A stretch of 64,000 bases of DNA from a bacterium (GTDB lineage Bacteria > Zhuqueibacterota > Zhuqueibacteria > Residuimicrobiales > Krinioviventaceae), in assembly GCA_963693055.1 (NCBI GenBank), contig OY843751.1, forward strand, positions 2,080,001 to 2,144,000, given 5' to 3'. The position numbers were made by a program, and so were the translations under genes. How positions within the stretch are numbered: position 1 is the stretch's first letter; the number at the start of each line of letters is the position of its first letter. Under the pieces are notes generated by a model that had not been told where the DNA came from, searched no databases, and saw only the letters and a list, made by a program, of their open reading frames with translations. This document shows positions 1 through 9,260 of this stretch, piece after piece.

Positions 1-105
1 GATACTCGTGACAATCAGGGTATGCCTGTTACCAGTGGTATGTATTTATGCAGGTTCGAGTCAGATGGGCATGTTTTTATACGTAAAATGATGCTATTGC
101 GCTAG
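1..105 (+). CDS. 3' end of a secreted protein with a FlgD-Ig/T9SS-like C-terminal tail (partial, not in ORF track)
   Basis: Frame 1 reads DTRDNQGMPVTSGMYLCRFESDGHVFIRKMMLLR-stop (TAG 103-105), matching the D..G..V.SG.Y......KM.LL[RK] tail of FlgD-Ig/secretion C-terminal domains. Confidence 0.75.
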   Translation, partial: DTRDNQGMPVTSGMYLCRFESDGHVFIRKMMLLR

Positions 106-131
106 ACCTGTTTTTTTAGATTGAGGCGAAA

Positions 132-3100
132 ATGAAAAAAAATATAATATTAATACTTTTATTGTTTATTACCGGTCTGCTATACGCTGAAGATCCGGTT
201 GTGCAGAATGTTACATTTGTTCAAAGAACTGATGGTTCTTTAAAAGCAGATATCTATTATGATGTTATTGATTCTGATAATGATACCCTGACCGTTACAT
301 TAGAGGCTTCGAACGATAATGGGATGACCTGGGATTTACCTTGCAGTCATGTAAGTGGTGATGTTGGTGGTAGCATTTTATCAGGAACTGATAAACATAT
401 TGTTTGGGATTTTTTAGCTGACAATCCAGGTGTCAGTGGAAACGACTATCGTGTGCGTGTAATTGCCAATGATCAAAAAGAACCGGGCATGGTTTATATT
501 AATGGTGGTTCATTTCAAATGGGAAGTGAATATGGCGAAGATGACGAATTGCCAATTCATTCTGTTTCCGTAAATGGATTTTATATAGACTTGTATGAAG
601 TAACCAACGCTCTTTATGCTGCATTTTTAAATGAAGCTATTGCAAATGATTTGATTACAGTTGTTGGCACAATGGTCAAGCAAGATACCACAACATTATT
701 GGATTTTGATAATCCGGAATGTTATATAACTTTTTCTGAAAACACCTTTCAGGTAGATCAGGATAAACAAGAATTACCGGTAACTTTTGTGACCTGGTTT
801 GGTGCAAATGCCTATGCAGCGTATTATGACAAGCGTTTGCCAACTGAGGCTGAATGGGAATACGCGTCACGTGGTGGCGGCCTGAGTCAGAATTTTACAT
901 ATAGTGGCAGCAATAATGTTGATGCAGTTGCGTGGTATCAGAGAAATTCTAACTCAAGTCCGCAACCTGTTGGTCAGTTAGAGCCTAATGAATTGGGTCT
1001 CTATGATATGAGTGGTAATGTCTGGGAATGGTGTGCTGATAAATATAACGCCAATTATTATATCTTTACTCCTTTAACAAATCCCAATGGTCCTTTTGAT
1101 GATTTAAATGCCCGGATTTTAAGAGGCGGCGCATGGGATGATGCCATGGTTAAGACTAAACCGGCAAACCGGAATCGTGATTATCCCTGGCAGGGTGCAA
1201 ACAATCGAGGTTTCCGTTGTGTTAAAACAAATACAGAATTAACGCAGTTGTCAAGTGTTACAGTATCTCCTCTGGATACAACTGTGATTAATAGCGGGAC
1301 TGTGCAATTTAAATGTTTAGCTGAATATAGTGATGGTAGTAGTGTGGATGTAACCAATTTTACCGAATGGTCTGTTTTATTTGGTATTAGTGGTTCAATT
1401 GAAAGTAATGGCTTGTTTACCGCGAGTGAACTGGAAACAGGTACAGTGCAGGTTCAAGCTGTCTTTGATGGAATGAATTTGCAAACAACTGTAAACGTCA
1501 GGTTTGAAATTATTCAGGGCGCTGGTACTGTTACGGATATTGACGGTAATACTTATGAAACCGTTAAAATTGGTACGCAATGGTGGATGGTAGATAACCT
1601 CAAAGTCACCCATTACCGGAATGGCGATCCTATTCCAAATATTACCGGTGAATTTGAATGGATGACCTCAGAATCCGGTGCGCTTTGTTATTATGATAAT
1701 GATCAAGATAGTGCTGGTGTTTATGGTGCCTTGTATAACTGGTATACAATATTAGACAGCAGAAGCATAGCCCCTCGAGGTTGGCATGTACCTACTGAAG
1801 AAGAGTGGAACACCCTGGTAGACTTGATAGGTGATGAAAGCAATGCAGGTGGAAGTTTAAAAGAGTCAGGTGTTGTGCATTGGCAAAGCCCCAATACTGG
1901 GGCAAGCAATGAAAGTGGATTTACAGGTTTGCCAGGTGGTATTCGTGATTATGACTCGAGATTTTTTCATATTGGTAAACTGGGATATTTCTGGTTCAAA
2001 GAAAACAATTCAAATAATCCTGCTGCAAAAATATTATCATATAATAATATATTGGTTAATCAGGATGGTGGAGAACCCAAATGCGGATTTTCGATCCGTC
2101 TTATTCGGGATCAGAATGTGAATAATAATCCACCCACAGCTTCGCTTGTTGTGACGCCTGAGACGGGTACAACCGAGACGGTGTTTACTTTTGATGCTAC
2201 GGGGAGTACCGATGATCATGATCAGCTTTCTCAATTACAGGTCAGATGGGATTGGCAGAATGATGGCACCTGGGATACAGAGTATTCCACTACCAAGTTT
2301 ATAACACGTAAATTCTCTACCGCTGTAGCAAGGACTGTTAAAATGCAGATTCGGGATATGGATGGTATGAGTTCAACAATTACCAAAGAGGTTCGTGTAT
2401 ATCAGGATGATCTGCAAGTAACTTTTCCAAATGGTGGAGAAACATTCAATACCGGTGATACTGAAATTATTCAATGGTTTATAAATGAGCTTGATGAACG
2501 GGTCTATGTTGATCTGTTCCTTGGTGATGAATTTGTAACGCGATTGAAAGATACAGGGACAGGAAATGATGGTGATTATACCTGGGATATTTCTTCAGAT
2601 ATACCATCTGGTAACCATTATCGGATAAGAATTTATGGTCTTTGGTCAAAAACCACTGATTTTAGTGATGATTACTTTACTATTATGAACCAGGGTGAAG
2701 AACAACCGACAGGTACAGTATTGGATATTGATGGTAATCTCTATAAAACCATCAAAATTGGTAACCAATGGTGGATGGCTGAAAATCTCAAGGTTACACA
2801 TTACAGGAACGGAGATATTATTCCTAATGTAACAGGTAATCCTGAATGGACGAATCTTGATTCCGGTGCGCTCTGTTATTATGACAATAGCAAAACGAAT
2901 AATAATGATTATGGCGCTTTGTACAATTGGTATGCAATAAATGATTCTCGAAACATTGCACCTGCGGGATGGCATGTACCAACTGACGCAGAATGGAAGC
3001 AGCTTGAAATGCATTTAGGAATGAGCCAAACCGAAGCAGACAAGGAAAACTGGCGGGGAACAGATGAAGGTGGTAAATTAAAAGAAGCCGGTACCAGCCA

Positions 3101-3347
3101 CTGGAATAATCCCAATACCGGAGCAACAAATTCAAGTGGCTTTACAGCCCGTGGAAGTGGGTACCGTAGTTATTCATTCAATGGTGCTTTTGATGGAAAT
3201 GGACAATATGCTACCTTTGTCACAGCAACAGAATCCGATGCGCAAAATGCCTGGCATCATTATTTATATTACGTTAATGACGAAGTAGGACGCGGAACGT
3301 CTAATAAATCTGATGGATTTTCAGTCCGCTTGGTTAAGGATAATTGA
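132..3347 (+). CDS. Secreted multidomain protein: N-terminal Ig-like, FGE-sulfatase (C-type lectin fold), Big-2-like, FISUMP (Fib_succ_major), PKD, Ig-like, second FISUMP
   Basis: Signal peptide; FQMGS..E.P.H.V, RLPTEAEWEYA, NELGLYDMSGNVWEW and GFRC (FGE-sulfatase); two DIDGN.Y.T.KIG.QWWM..NL...GALYNWY...GWHVPT..EW...GFS.RL units (FISUMP); FDATGSTD..WDWQNDG (PKD). Confidence 0.85.
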   Translation: MKKNIILILLLFITGLLYAEDPVVQNVTFVQRTDGSLKADIYYDVIDSDNDTLTVTLEASNDNGMTWDLPCSHVSGDVGGSILSGTDKHIVWDFLADNPGVSGNDYRVRVIANDQKEPGMVYINGGSFQMGSEYGEDDELPIHSVSVNGFYIDLYEVTNALYAAFLNEAIANDLITVVGTMVKQDTTTLLDFDNPECYITFSENTFQVDQDKQELPVTFVTWFGANAYAAYYDKRLPTEAEWEYASRGGGLSQNFTYSGSNNVDAVAWYQRNSNSSPQPVGQLEPNELGLYDMSGNVWEWCADKYNANYYIFTPLTNPNGPFDDLNARILRGGAWDDAMVKTKPANRNRDYPWQGANNRGFRCVKTNTELTQLSSVTVSPLDTTVINSGTVQFKCLAEYSDGSSVDVTNFTEWSVLFGISGSIESNGLFTASELETGTVQVQAVFDGMNLQTTVNVRFEIIQGAGTVTDIDGNTYETVKIGTQWWMVDNLKVTHYRNGDPIPNITGEFEWMTSESGALCYYDNDQDSAGVYGALYNWYTILDSRSIAPRGWHVPTEEEWNTLVDLIGDESNAGGSLKESGVVHWQSPNTGASNESGFTGLPGGIRDYDSRFFHIGKLGYFWFKENNSNNPAAKILSYNNILVNQDGGEPKCGFSIRLIRDQNVNNNPPTASLVVTPETGTTETVFTFDATGSTDDHDQLSQLQVRWDWQNDGTWDTEYSTTKFITRKFSTAVARTVKMQIRDMDGMSSTITKEVRVYQDDLQVTFPNGGETFNTGDTEIIQWFINELDERVYVDLFLGDEFVTRLKDTGTGNDGDYTWDISSDIPSGNHYRIRIYGLWSKTTDFSDDYFTIMNQGEEQPTGTVLDIDGNLYKTIKIGNQWWMAENLKVTHYRNGDIIPNVTGNPEWTNLDSGALCYYDNSKTNNNDYGALYNWYAINDSRNIAPAGWHVPTDAEWKQLEMHLGMSQTEADKENWRGTDEGGKLKEAGTSHWNNPNTGATNSSGFTARGSGYRSYSFNGAFDGNGQYATFVTATESDAQNAWHHYLYYVNDEVGRGTSNKSDGFSVRLVKDN

Positions 3348-3373
3348 TTAAGAATTGATATTTAATAAATAGT

Positions 3374-3411
3374 AAAAAAAAAGACCGGTTATTAATCGGT
3401 CTTTTTTTTTT
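3374..3411. terminator. Bidirectional intrinsic terminator between convergent genes
   Basis: A9-GACCGGTTATTAATCGGTC-T10 hairpin flanked by A and T tracts. Confidence 0.85.
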
Positions 3412-3419
3412 GTGTTAAA

Positions 3420-4277
3420 TTATTTTTGAGCTAGATTTTTTCTGTTTATCAAATAATGTTCAAGCAGATCAAGCTTGTCTGTATTGATAAAATCAACCTG
3501 TGCCAGTATTAACTCGTTCCAGAACATGCGTTGATCAAGGATCGGATCAACATCTGTACCCCAGAAGCGTACCCTTTGTCCTTTAGCGTGTGCAGTTTTG
3601 ACAATCATTTCCAATTTTTCTTTTTCTTGCACGGGAATTGCACCATTTCCATACCATTCAAATAAATCCTGCCAATTGTTACTGATCATAGATACTAGTG
3701 ATGCCGGATAATCTGTATTTAAATCTGTAATACGTCCATCATAGCTTGTATAGCGAAGTGGCTCGTTTGCCATAAAATCAAGAGTAGGACGGTTCCCGGA
3801 CAAAATAACTGCAACCGGACCTTTGATCGTTTTGTTGTTTTTATAAATTGTCATCATGCCTTTATATGCTGCCAATACACGATTCAACGCTTGAAACGTT
3901 GTAAAAGAATCGGATTTAATGTCAATAAGCAGAATTAGTGGGAAATCTTTATTGAACCGGCAATTCGGAGATTTGAGCAGTTCTTTTATCGGATCAAGAT
4001 ACATATACTGCAAAGTCATTCCGGGTTTTACATCCTCAAGTTCGTGAGCCACCAACAGTTCTCCATTGACCAAATGAATATCTGCTTCAACACTTGTGAA
4101 ATTGTGTTCCATTGCATCGTAAAAGGGCCTGACATGATTATAATCATTATGTGCATGTGCGCGTGGCTGATATGGATGGTCTAATATTTTTTGATTGTTC
4201 GATTGACAAGAGAATCCAATGAGAATTATATAAAGAATCGTTGCATATCTGGTGAAAATGCACATTTCTGTCTCCAT
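3420..4277 (-). CDS. PI-PLC/glycerophosphodiester phosphodiesterase superfamily lipoprotein (AIM6-like)
   Basis: HAHNDY, SVEADI, LLVAH, LLIDIK, ILSGNRP, VRFW and INTD motifs; lipobox-like GFSC. Confidence 0.75.
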   Translation of the reverse strand: METEMCIFTRYATILYIILIGFSCQSNNQKILDHPYQPRAHAHNDYNHVRPFYDAMEHNFTSVEADIHLVNGELLVAHELEDVKPGMTLQYMYLDPIKELLKSPNCRFNKDFPLILLIDIKSDSFTTFQALNRVLAAYKGMMTIYKNNKTIKGPVAVILSGNRPTLDFMANEPLRYTSYDGRITDLNTDYPASLVSMISNNWQDLFEWYGNGAIPVQEKEKLEMIVKTAHAKGQRVRFWGTDVDPILDQRMFWNELILAQVDFINTDKLDLLEHYLINRKNLAQK

Positions 4278-4340
4278 GGATTATTGCGGTTAAAATGTAA
4301 ATGTAACAAGAAGAAAAGGTGAAATCAATTTAATTATGCA

Positions 4341-6095
4341 TTAATCTTGAAAAATGGGGCTCATTGTTATCATTTTCCCTGATTCGATAAAATCTTTCAG
4401 TTTCATTATTTCATCTGAAAATGGTCGGTCTTCTATTACCGGGGGAAACAGAGTTGAAACATGAGTTAATATTTGCTCGCAGACTGGATTTATCAATCGG
4501 TCTTTCGGTTTGATGGGATAATGCTCTCTAACTGCGATTTCCATTTCAAATGGATTTTTAAGGATTTCCAGTTCTTTTTGCATTTTATGCAGTTTCTGAT
4601 TGGTCTTTTCAGAAACCGGAACTTTGGAGGGAATATGTGGCAGTTTTTTACGGATAGCAGCCGCCTGGTTTATAAATGCAAGCTCTATAGCCAGTAATTG
4701 TGCCAGTTTAGGCAGCGTTTTGTGAGCACGTATTGCTACATCCGTACCCATGCTGACATGGTCTTCCTGTCCTGTATTGGTTGGAATGTTATATAGATGG
4801 TTTGGCATGGCTTCTCCCCAGATCGAATTGGCTAGTGCTGCCGAAGTATATTCCAGCATCATCATACCGCTTGAAATGGCTTTTTGACTTTCCGAAAGAT
4901 CAGGCCATTTCAAATCCCTGCCTAACCCTTTGTTCAGATTTGCATCTACATAACGTGCGCATCTACGATTTACAAGTGACGCCATAATTCCCATGGCTTG
5001 TATGAGATTGTATACCCTTACAGCTACCGGCATACCATGAAAATGCCCACCTGAAACGATATCCACGTATTTGCCATAATACGGGTCATCGGTCTTCCAG
5101 CCGTATTCTTTATCTGCGGGGAGGATGAGTGGATTATCGGTCACACTGTTTGCCTCTCTAAGAAGCGCGGTTTGGCTTTCGTCTATCAATTCAGCGCATG
5201 TACCTAAAATCTGGGCAGAGCATCGTATATTATACGGGTCCTGGATCTCTCCATCTATGCGGTAATCCCGATGCGCTTCACGCAGGGGCGAGTTTTTCAT
5301 CAGGGCGTAAATCCATTTGGCAACTTTGACCGCACCGGGATGAGGGCGGAGTTGGTGCAGGTCTTCACAGAATGGTGTTTCTGGGGCCAGCATAACCTGA
5401 GCGGTCATGGCAGACTGAATTGCAGCGGATTTAAGATAGGTTTGCATTTTGCCGCATACATCCAGACCAATTGCTGTCATGTACTGAACACCATTGTTCA
5501 GCGCCAATCCTTCTTTCATCTGCAGGCGTATGGGTTTTAGTCCGGATTTGTGGTAGGCATCAGCTGCATTCATGAGCGAACCTTGGTAACGCACCTGACC
5601 TTTTCCCAGCATGCCCAGAGCGATATGAGAGAGGGGGGCAAGATCACCGCTTGCTCCTACAGAGCCAAGTTCAGGAACGATTGGCAGCATATCATGATTG
5701 AGCATGTCCAGAATGTGTTCAACCAGACAGGAACGTATACCACTGTTTCCACGGGAAAGGGATTGTGCACGTAATAACATGGTCATGCGGACAATTTCAT
5801 CAGGTGCCGGATCACCAACACCCACACAATGCGAGATGATCAGGTTTTCCTGTAACGCAGAAAGGTGTGCATCGTCAACTGCCAGATCAACATTGTGCCC
5901 AAATCCCCGATTAAATCCATATGCCGGGTATTTTTGAGAGGTTACAAATTCTACAATGTCTTTACGACGTTGATCAAGTAGTTCTCGGGTATCATCAGCC
6001 AGTTTGAATTGTAGCTGATTCTGAGCAGCAGCTGTTATCTCTAAAAGAGTAATATCTTTATTATGACGAATGAAGAGTATGTTTTTATCGGACAT
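4341..6095 (-). CDS. hutH: Histidine ammonia-lyase (divergent, with C-terminal insertion)
   Basis: MIO-forming GSVGASGDLAPL, ISH specificity motif, KEGLAL, QDPY, TDNP, QEDHVSMG; lies in the hut operon. Confidence 0.88.
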   Translation of the reverse strand: MSDKNILFIRHNKDITLLEITAAAQNQLQFKLADDTRELLDQRRKDIVEFVTSQKYPAYGFNRGFGHNVDLAVDDAHLSALQENLIISHCVGVGDPAPDEIVRMTMLLRAQSLSRGNSGIRSCLVEHILDMLNHDMLPIVPELGSVGASGDLAPLSHIALGMLGKGQVRYQGSLMNAADAYHKSGLKPIRLQMKEGLALNNGVQYMTAIGLDVCGKMQTYLKSAAIQSAMTAQVMLAPETPFCEDLHQLRPHPGAVKVAKWIYALMKNSPLREAHRDYRIDGEIQDPYNIRCSAQILGTCAELIDESQTALLREANSVTDNPLILPADKEYGWKTDDPYYGKYVDIVSGGHFHGMPVAVRVYNLIQAMGIMASLVNRRCARYVDANLNKGLGRDLKWPDLSESQKAISSGMMMLEYTSAALANSIWGEAMPNHLYNIPTNTGQEDHVSMGTDVAIRAHKTLPKLAQLLAIELAFINQAAAIRKKLPHIPSKVPVSEKTNQKLHKMQKELEILKNPFEMEIAVREHYPIKPKDRLINPVCEQILTHVSTLFPPVIEDRPFSDEIMKLKDFIESGKMITMSPIFQD

Positions 6096-6098
6096 ATG

Positions 6099-7352
6099 TT
6101 ACTCCAATCCATGTATCTGCCAACTCAAATTACGGTCAAAAATCACTTTTCCTTTTTTGATGACCTGTTCAACCTGAGGTTCTCCATAAAAATAGATCAG
6201 ATTCTGATAATTGTTTGATTCGAGTACCATTAAATCTGCCTGCCATCCCGGTGCAATGCATCCAACATTATCTCTTCCCAATGCATAAGCGCCATTTTGT
6301 GTGGCTGCTGATACAGCTTCAGGCATAGAAAAACCCATTTGGGTGCAGGCTAGATTCAGTATTAATGGCATATTGAGAGTCATGCAGCTACCGGGATTAA
6401 AATCTGTTGCCAGAACCGGAATACATCCGGTATTTAAAATCTTTCGTCCTGGTGCATATGGGATTTTTAGAAACAATGATACTCCAGGAAGCATGGTTGC
6501 ACAGATATCTGTACCTGCCAGCATGGCAATATCTGTATCATCTAACGTTTCCAAATGTTCAACTGCAACAGCACCCATTTCAATTGCTCCCTGAATGCCG
6601 CCAATATTGTTAAACTGGTTCGTATGCATACGGGGGATCAATCCGATTTTTTTTGCTTCGCAAAATATGTCCAGAGATTCCTGTACTGAGAAATATCCCA
6701 GTTCACAAAACAGATCACAAAAATCTGCCATTAATGCGGCTTCTGGCATCATTTCCATGATCTCTTGGATATAATCAGATTTTGATTTGTCTGGGGGAAT
6801 TGCATGAGCACCTAAAAATGTAGAGGTTATTTCGACTGGCTGGATCTCTTTGAGTTTGTCTATCACTCGAAGGATTTTTAATTCTGTATCTCTATCCAAG
6901 CCATAACCACTTTTGATCTCTATGCTGGTGGTCCCATGTCTTACTGCTTTTTGCAAATACATCAATCCACGTTTTACAAGCTCTTCCTGTGACATGCGGC
7001 GGGTTGCGTTGACAGTACTTAAAATACCGCCACCTTGATTGGCAATCTCTTCATAAGAAAGACCGGAACAGCGTTGTGCAAATTCATTTTCTCGGTGTCC
7101 GCCAAAAACCAGATGGGTGTGTGAATCTACAAATCCCGGTAAAACAGCTTTGCCATCGGCATCAATGATTTGACAATCGCTTGTTATCAGTGGTAATAGT
7201 TCATCGACAGGGGCTATTGTCTGTATAATATCATCCTGGATGAATATGGAGGTGTCAGAATATTCGGTCAGTTGTTTGATGGCCTCACCACGTAACTCAC
7301 CTGGTTTGGGAGTGACAATCTGTGATGCGTTTTTTATTAGCAGAGATGACAT
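6099..7352 (-). CDS. hutI: Imidazolonepropionase
   Basis: PGFVDSHTH, GGGI..TV..TR, GTT.IEIKSGYGL, FLGAHA, ATDFNPGS. Confidence 0.95.
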   Translation of the reverse strand: MSSLLIKNASQIVTPKPGELRGEAIKQLTEYSDTSIFIQDDIIQTIAPVDELLPLITSDCQIIDADGKAVLPGFVDSHTHLVFGGHRENEFAQRCSGLSYEEIANQGGGILSTVNATRRMSQEELVKRGLMYLQKAVRHGTTSIEIKSGYGLDRDTELKILRVIDKLKEIQPVEITSTFLGAHAIPPDKSKSDYIQEIMEMMPEAALMADFCDLFCELGYFSVQESLDIFCEAKKIGLIPRMHTNQFNNIGGIQGAIEMGAVAVEHLETLDDTDIAMLAGTDICATMLPGVSLFLKIPYAPGRKILNTGCIPVLATDFNPGSCMTLNMPLILNLACTQMGFSMPEAVSAATQNGAYALGRDNVGCIAPGWQADLMVLESNNYQNLIYFYGEPQVEQVIKKGKVIFDRNLSWQIHGLE

Positions 7353-7364
7353 TGTATTTCCATT

Positions 7365-9050
7365 TTATTGGATTTTTGAATTAACAATACTTAGAATTTC
7401 CCGTTCCATAACATTGGTTTGGGTTTCCAGTTCATCACAATCTTGCAGTAAAACGTCTACAAATGCTTTATCTTTACACCCAGCTGCATTGATTTTTACA
7501 TTGAGGTGCGCACCCATGACTGCTGAACGGGCGGCAAGCGCAGCAACACCTGCATCGGAAACAGAGTTGGGATTCCCAATCTCTGCCATGGCTTTTATAC
7601 TAGTCATGGATTCAAATGTTTTTCTCATTACCCGATAGGGGATCTCTATTGCAAATTTTGTTGCATCCTGAATGGCCTGGCTTCGTTCAGCTTTTTCTTC
7701 ATCCGTTTTCTTTGGCATAGCAAAAGCTTTCATCATGCCATTAAACGCTCTTGTATCTTCATCTACAAGAAATAACAACTCGGCATAACAGGCTTTGGCC
7801 TTTTCTGCCCAGTCTGAGAATTCCTGCCAGCGGTCGTCCCAGCCGCGTTTATGAGATGACAGGTTGGCAACCATTGCAGCAAGCGCAGCGCCAAATGCAC
7901 CCATAGCCGCTGAAATGGATCCACCGCCCGGCGCAGGAGCTTCGGAAGCGGTTAACTCTGTAAAATTCTCTAGTGTAAGATCTTTAAGGCCTTTTTCTTT
8001 ATCCTTGTTCATTGCATATTCAATAATCTTTTCTTCAGGAACAAAGGGACCCAGTTCATCCAGTCCCATTGATTTTATTGCAATTTTTATCAGTTCATTG
8101 TCAGATACACCGGTTGAACGCTGTTGCTTTTTGAGAAAATATTTTCCGGCATCCAACATGGACTGTAAAGGGATGAGCCCAACCAGTTCTGAGCCGGTCA
8201 CCCGAATGCCTCGTGCATCTGCTTTTTTACAGACCTCATCAAATGCCATATGTACGGGAGTGACCTTGAGGTTGGTTAAATTCATAGAGATTTGTGCTAT
8301 ACCATATTCCTCAATATACCAGCCGATGCCTTTGACGCATTTCAAAGAACCCGGAATCATAACAGGATTCCCTTTTTCGTCTTTAACAACAGCACCCGTG
8401 AGTGGGTTGCCCTCTCTTTTGATACGGCCTTTTTCACGTACATCAAATGCAATGGCATTAGCTCTGCGGGTAGAGGTTGTATTGAGGTTTACATTATAAG
8501 CCACCAGAAAGTCCCTGGCGCCCACAGCAGTTGCTCCTGATCTGGAATTGAATTCAGTGGGGCCGAAATCGGGTTTTCCTTCAAGAGTTTTGATTTTATC
8601 TTTCAATCCTTCATATTCACCAGATCGGCAATACGCCAGATTTCTACGCTTTTCATCGAGTGCGGCATATTCATAACAATATATATGTATACCCAGTTCT
8701 TTACCCAATCGCTTGGCAAGTTTGTGTGCATATTCTACGGTTTCTTCCATGCTGATATTTGCAACAGGGATAAGCGGACAGACATCCATCGCACCAAAAC
8801 GCGGATGTTCGCCTTTGTGCTTTGACATATCTATCACTTCAGTTGCTTTTTTTGCTGCTCTAAATGCAGCTTCGCATACCGCATCCGGAGAACCGACAAA
8901 GGTCACTACTGTCCGGTTCGTAGAAAAACCAGGGTCTACATCTAATAGTTTTACTCCATCAACAGATTCAACCTGGTCAGTGATCTGTTTTATAACTGCC
9001 ATGTCACGGCCTTGACTAAAATTGGGAACACATTCTATTAATTGCTGCAC
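7365..9050 (-). CDS. ftcd: Bifunctional glutamate formiminotransferase / formiminotetrahydrofolate cyclodeaminase
   Basis: LIECVPNFS, NRTVVTFVG, HPRFGAMDVCP (formiminotransferase); APGGGS, GNPNSVSDAGVA, LNVKIN (cyclodeaminase); GTG start with AGGAG RBS. Confidence 0.93.
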   Translation of the reverse strand: MQQLIECVPNFSQGRDMAVIKQITDQVESVDGVKLLDVDPGFSTNRTVVTFVGSPDAVCEAAFRAAKKATEVIDMSKHKGEHPRFGAMDVCPLIPVANISMEETVEYAHKLAKRLGKELGIHIYCYEYAALDEKRRNLAYCRSGEYEGLKDKIKTLEGKPDFGPTEFNSRSGATAVGARDFLVAYNVNLNTTSTRRANAIAFDVREKGRIKREGNPLTGAVVKDEKGNPVMIPGSLKCVKGIGWYIEEYGIAQISMNLTNLKVTPVHMAFDEVCKKADARGIRVTGSELVGLIPLQSMLDAGKYFLKKQQRSTGVSDNELIKIAIKSMGLDELGPFVPEEKIIEYAMNKDKEKGLKDLTLENFTELTASEAPAPGGGSISAAMGAFGAALAAMVANLSSHKRGWDDRWQEFSDWAEKAKACYAELLFLVDEDTRAFNGMMKAFAMPKKTDEEKAERSQAIQDATKFAIEIPYRVMRKTFESMTSIKAMAEIGNPNSVSDAGVAALAARSAVMGAHLNVKINAAGCKDKAFVDVLLQDCDELETQTNVMEREILSIVNSKIQ

Positions 9051-9183
9051 AAGATCTCCTGTTTTTTTGCGGACTATTCAATACACCCGACCGCTAACTG
9101 GCGGTTGTGAATTCATGGTCCAGAATCATGAAATACTATTTTTTCAATAAATTCAAGTTCATTCAATTTTTTAATTTTTTCTC

Positions 9184-9245
9184 GTGCCAAGGCTCAGCCT
9201 TGGTACATTATATTGTTAAAGGGTTTTAGAACAGAGACCCTTAAC
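9184..9245. repeat. Two adjacent intergenic hairpins between hutU and ftcd (REP-like remnant or mRNA stability element)
   Basis: GTGCCAAGGC-TCA-GCCTTGGTAC (9184-9206) and GTTAAAGGGT...ACCCTTAAC (9215-9245). Confidence 0.5.
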
Positions 9246-9260
9246 CAGGAATATTACATA

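Noticed and set aside
1525-3347. The two FISUMP-coding repeats as a DGR template/variable repeat pair
   Set aside because: Differences are spread over all bases and are largely at third codon positions, not adenine-specific; both copies are in-frame coding; no reverse transcriptase in the window
7864-8499. 211-aa plus-strand ORF and the many other short antisense or overlapping ORFs in the track (e.g. 9438-9953, 32568-33185, 37201-37740)
   Set aside because: Shadows of well-supported genes on the opposite strand or frame, with no recognisable motifs
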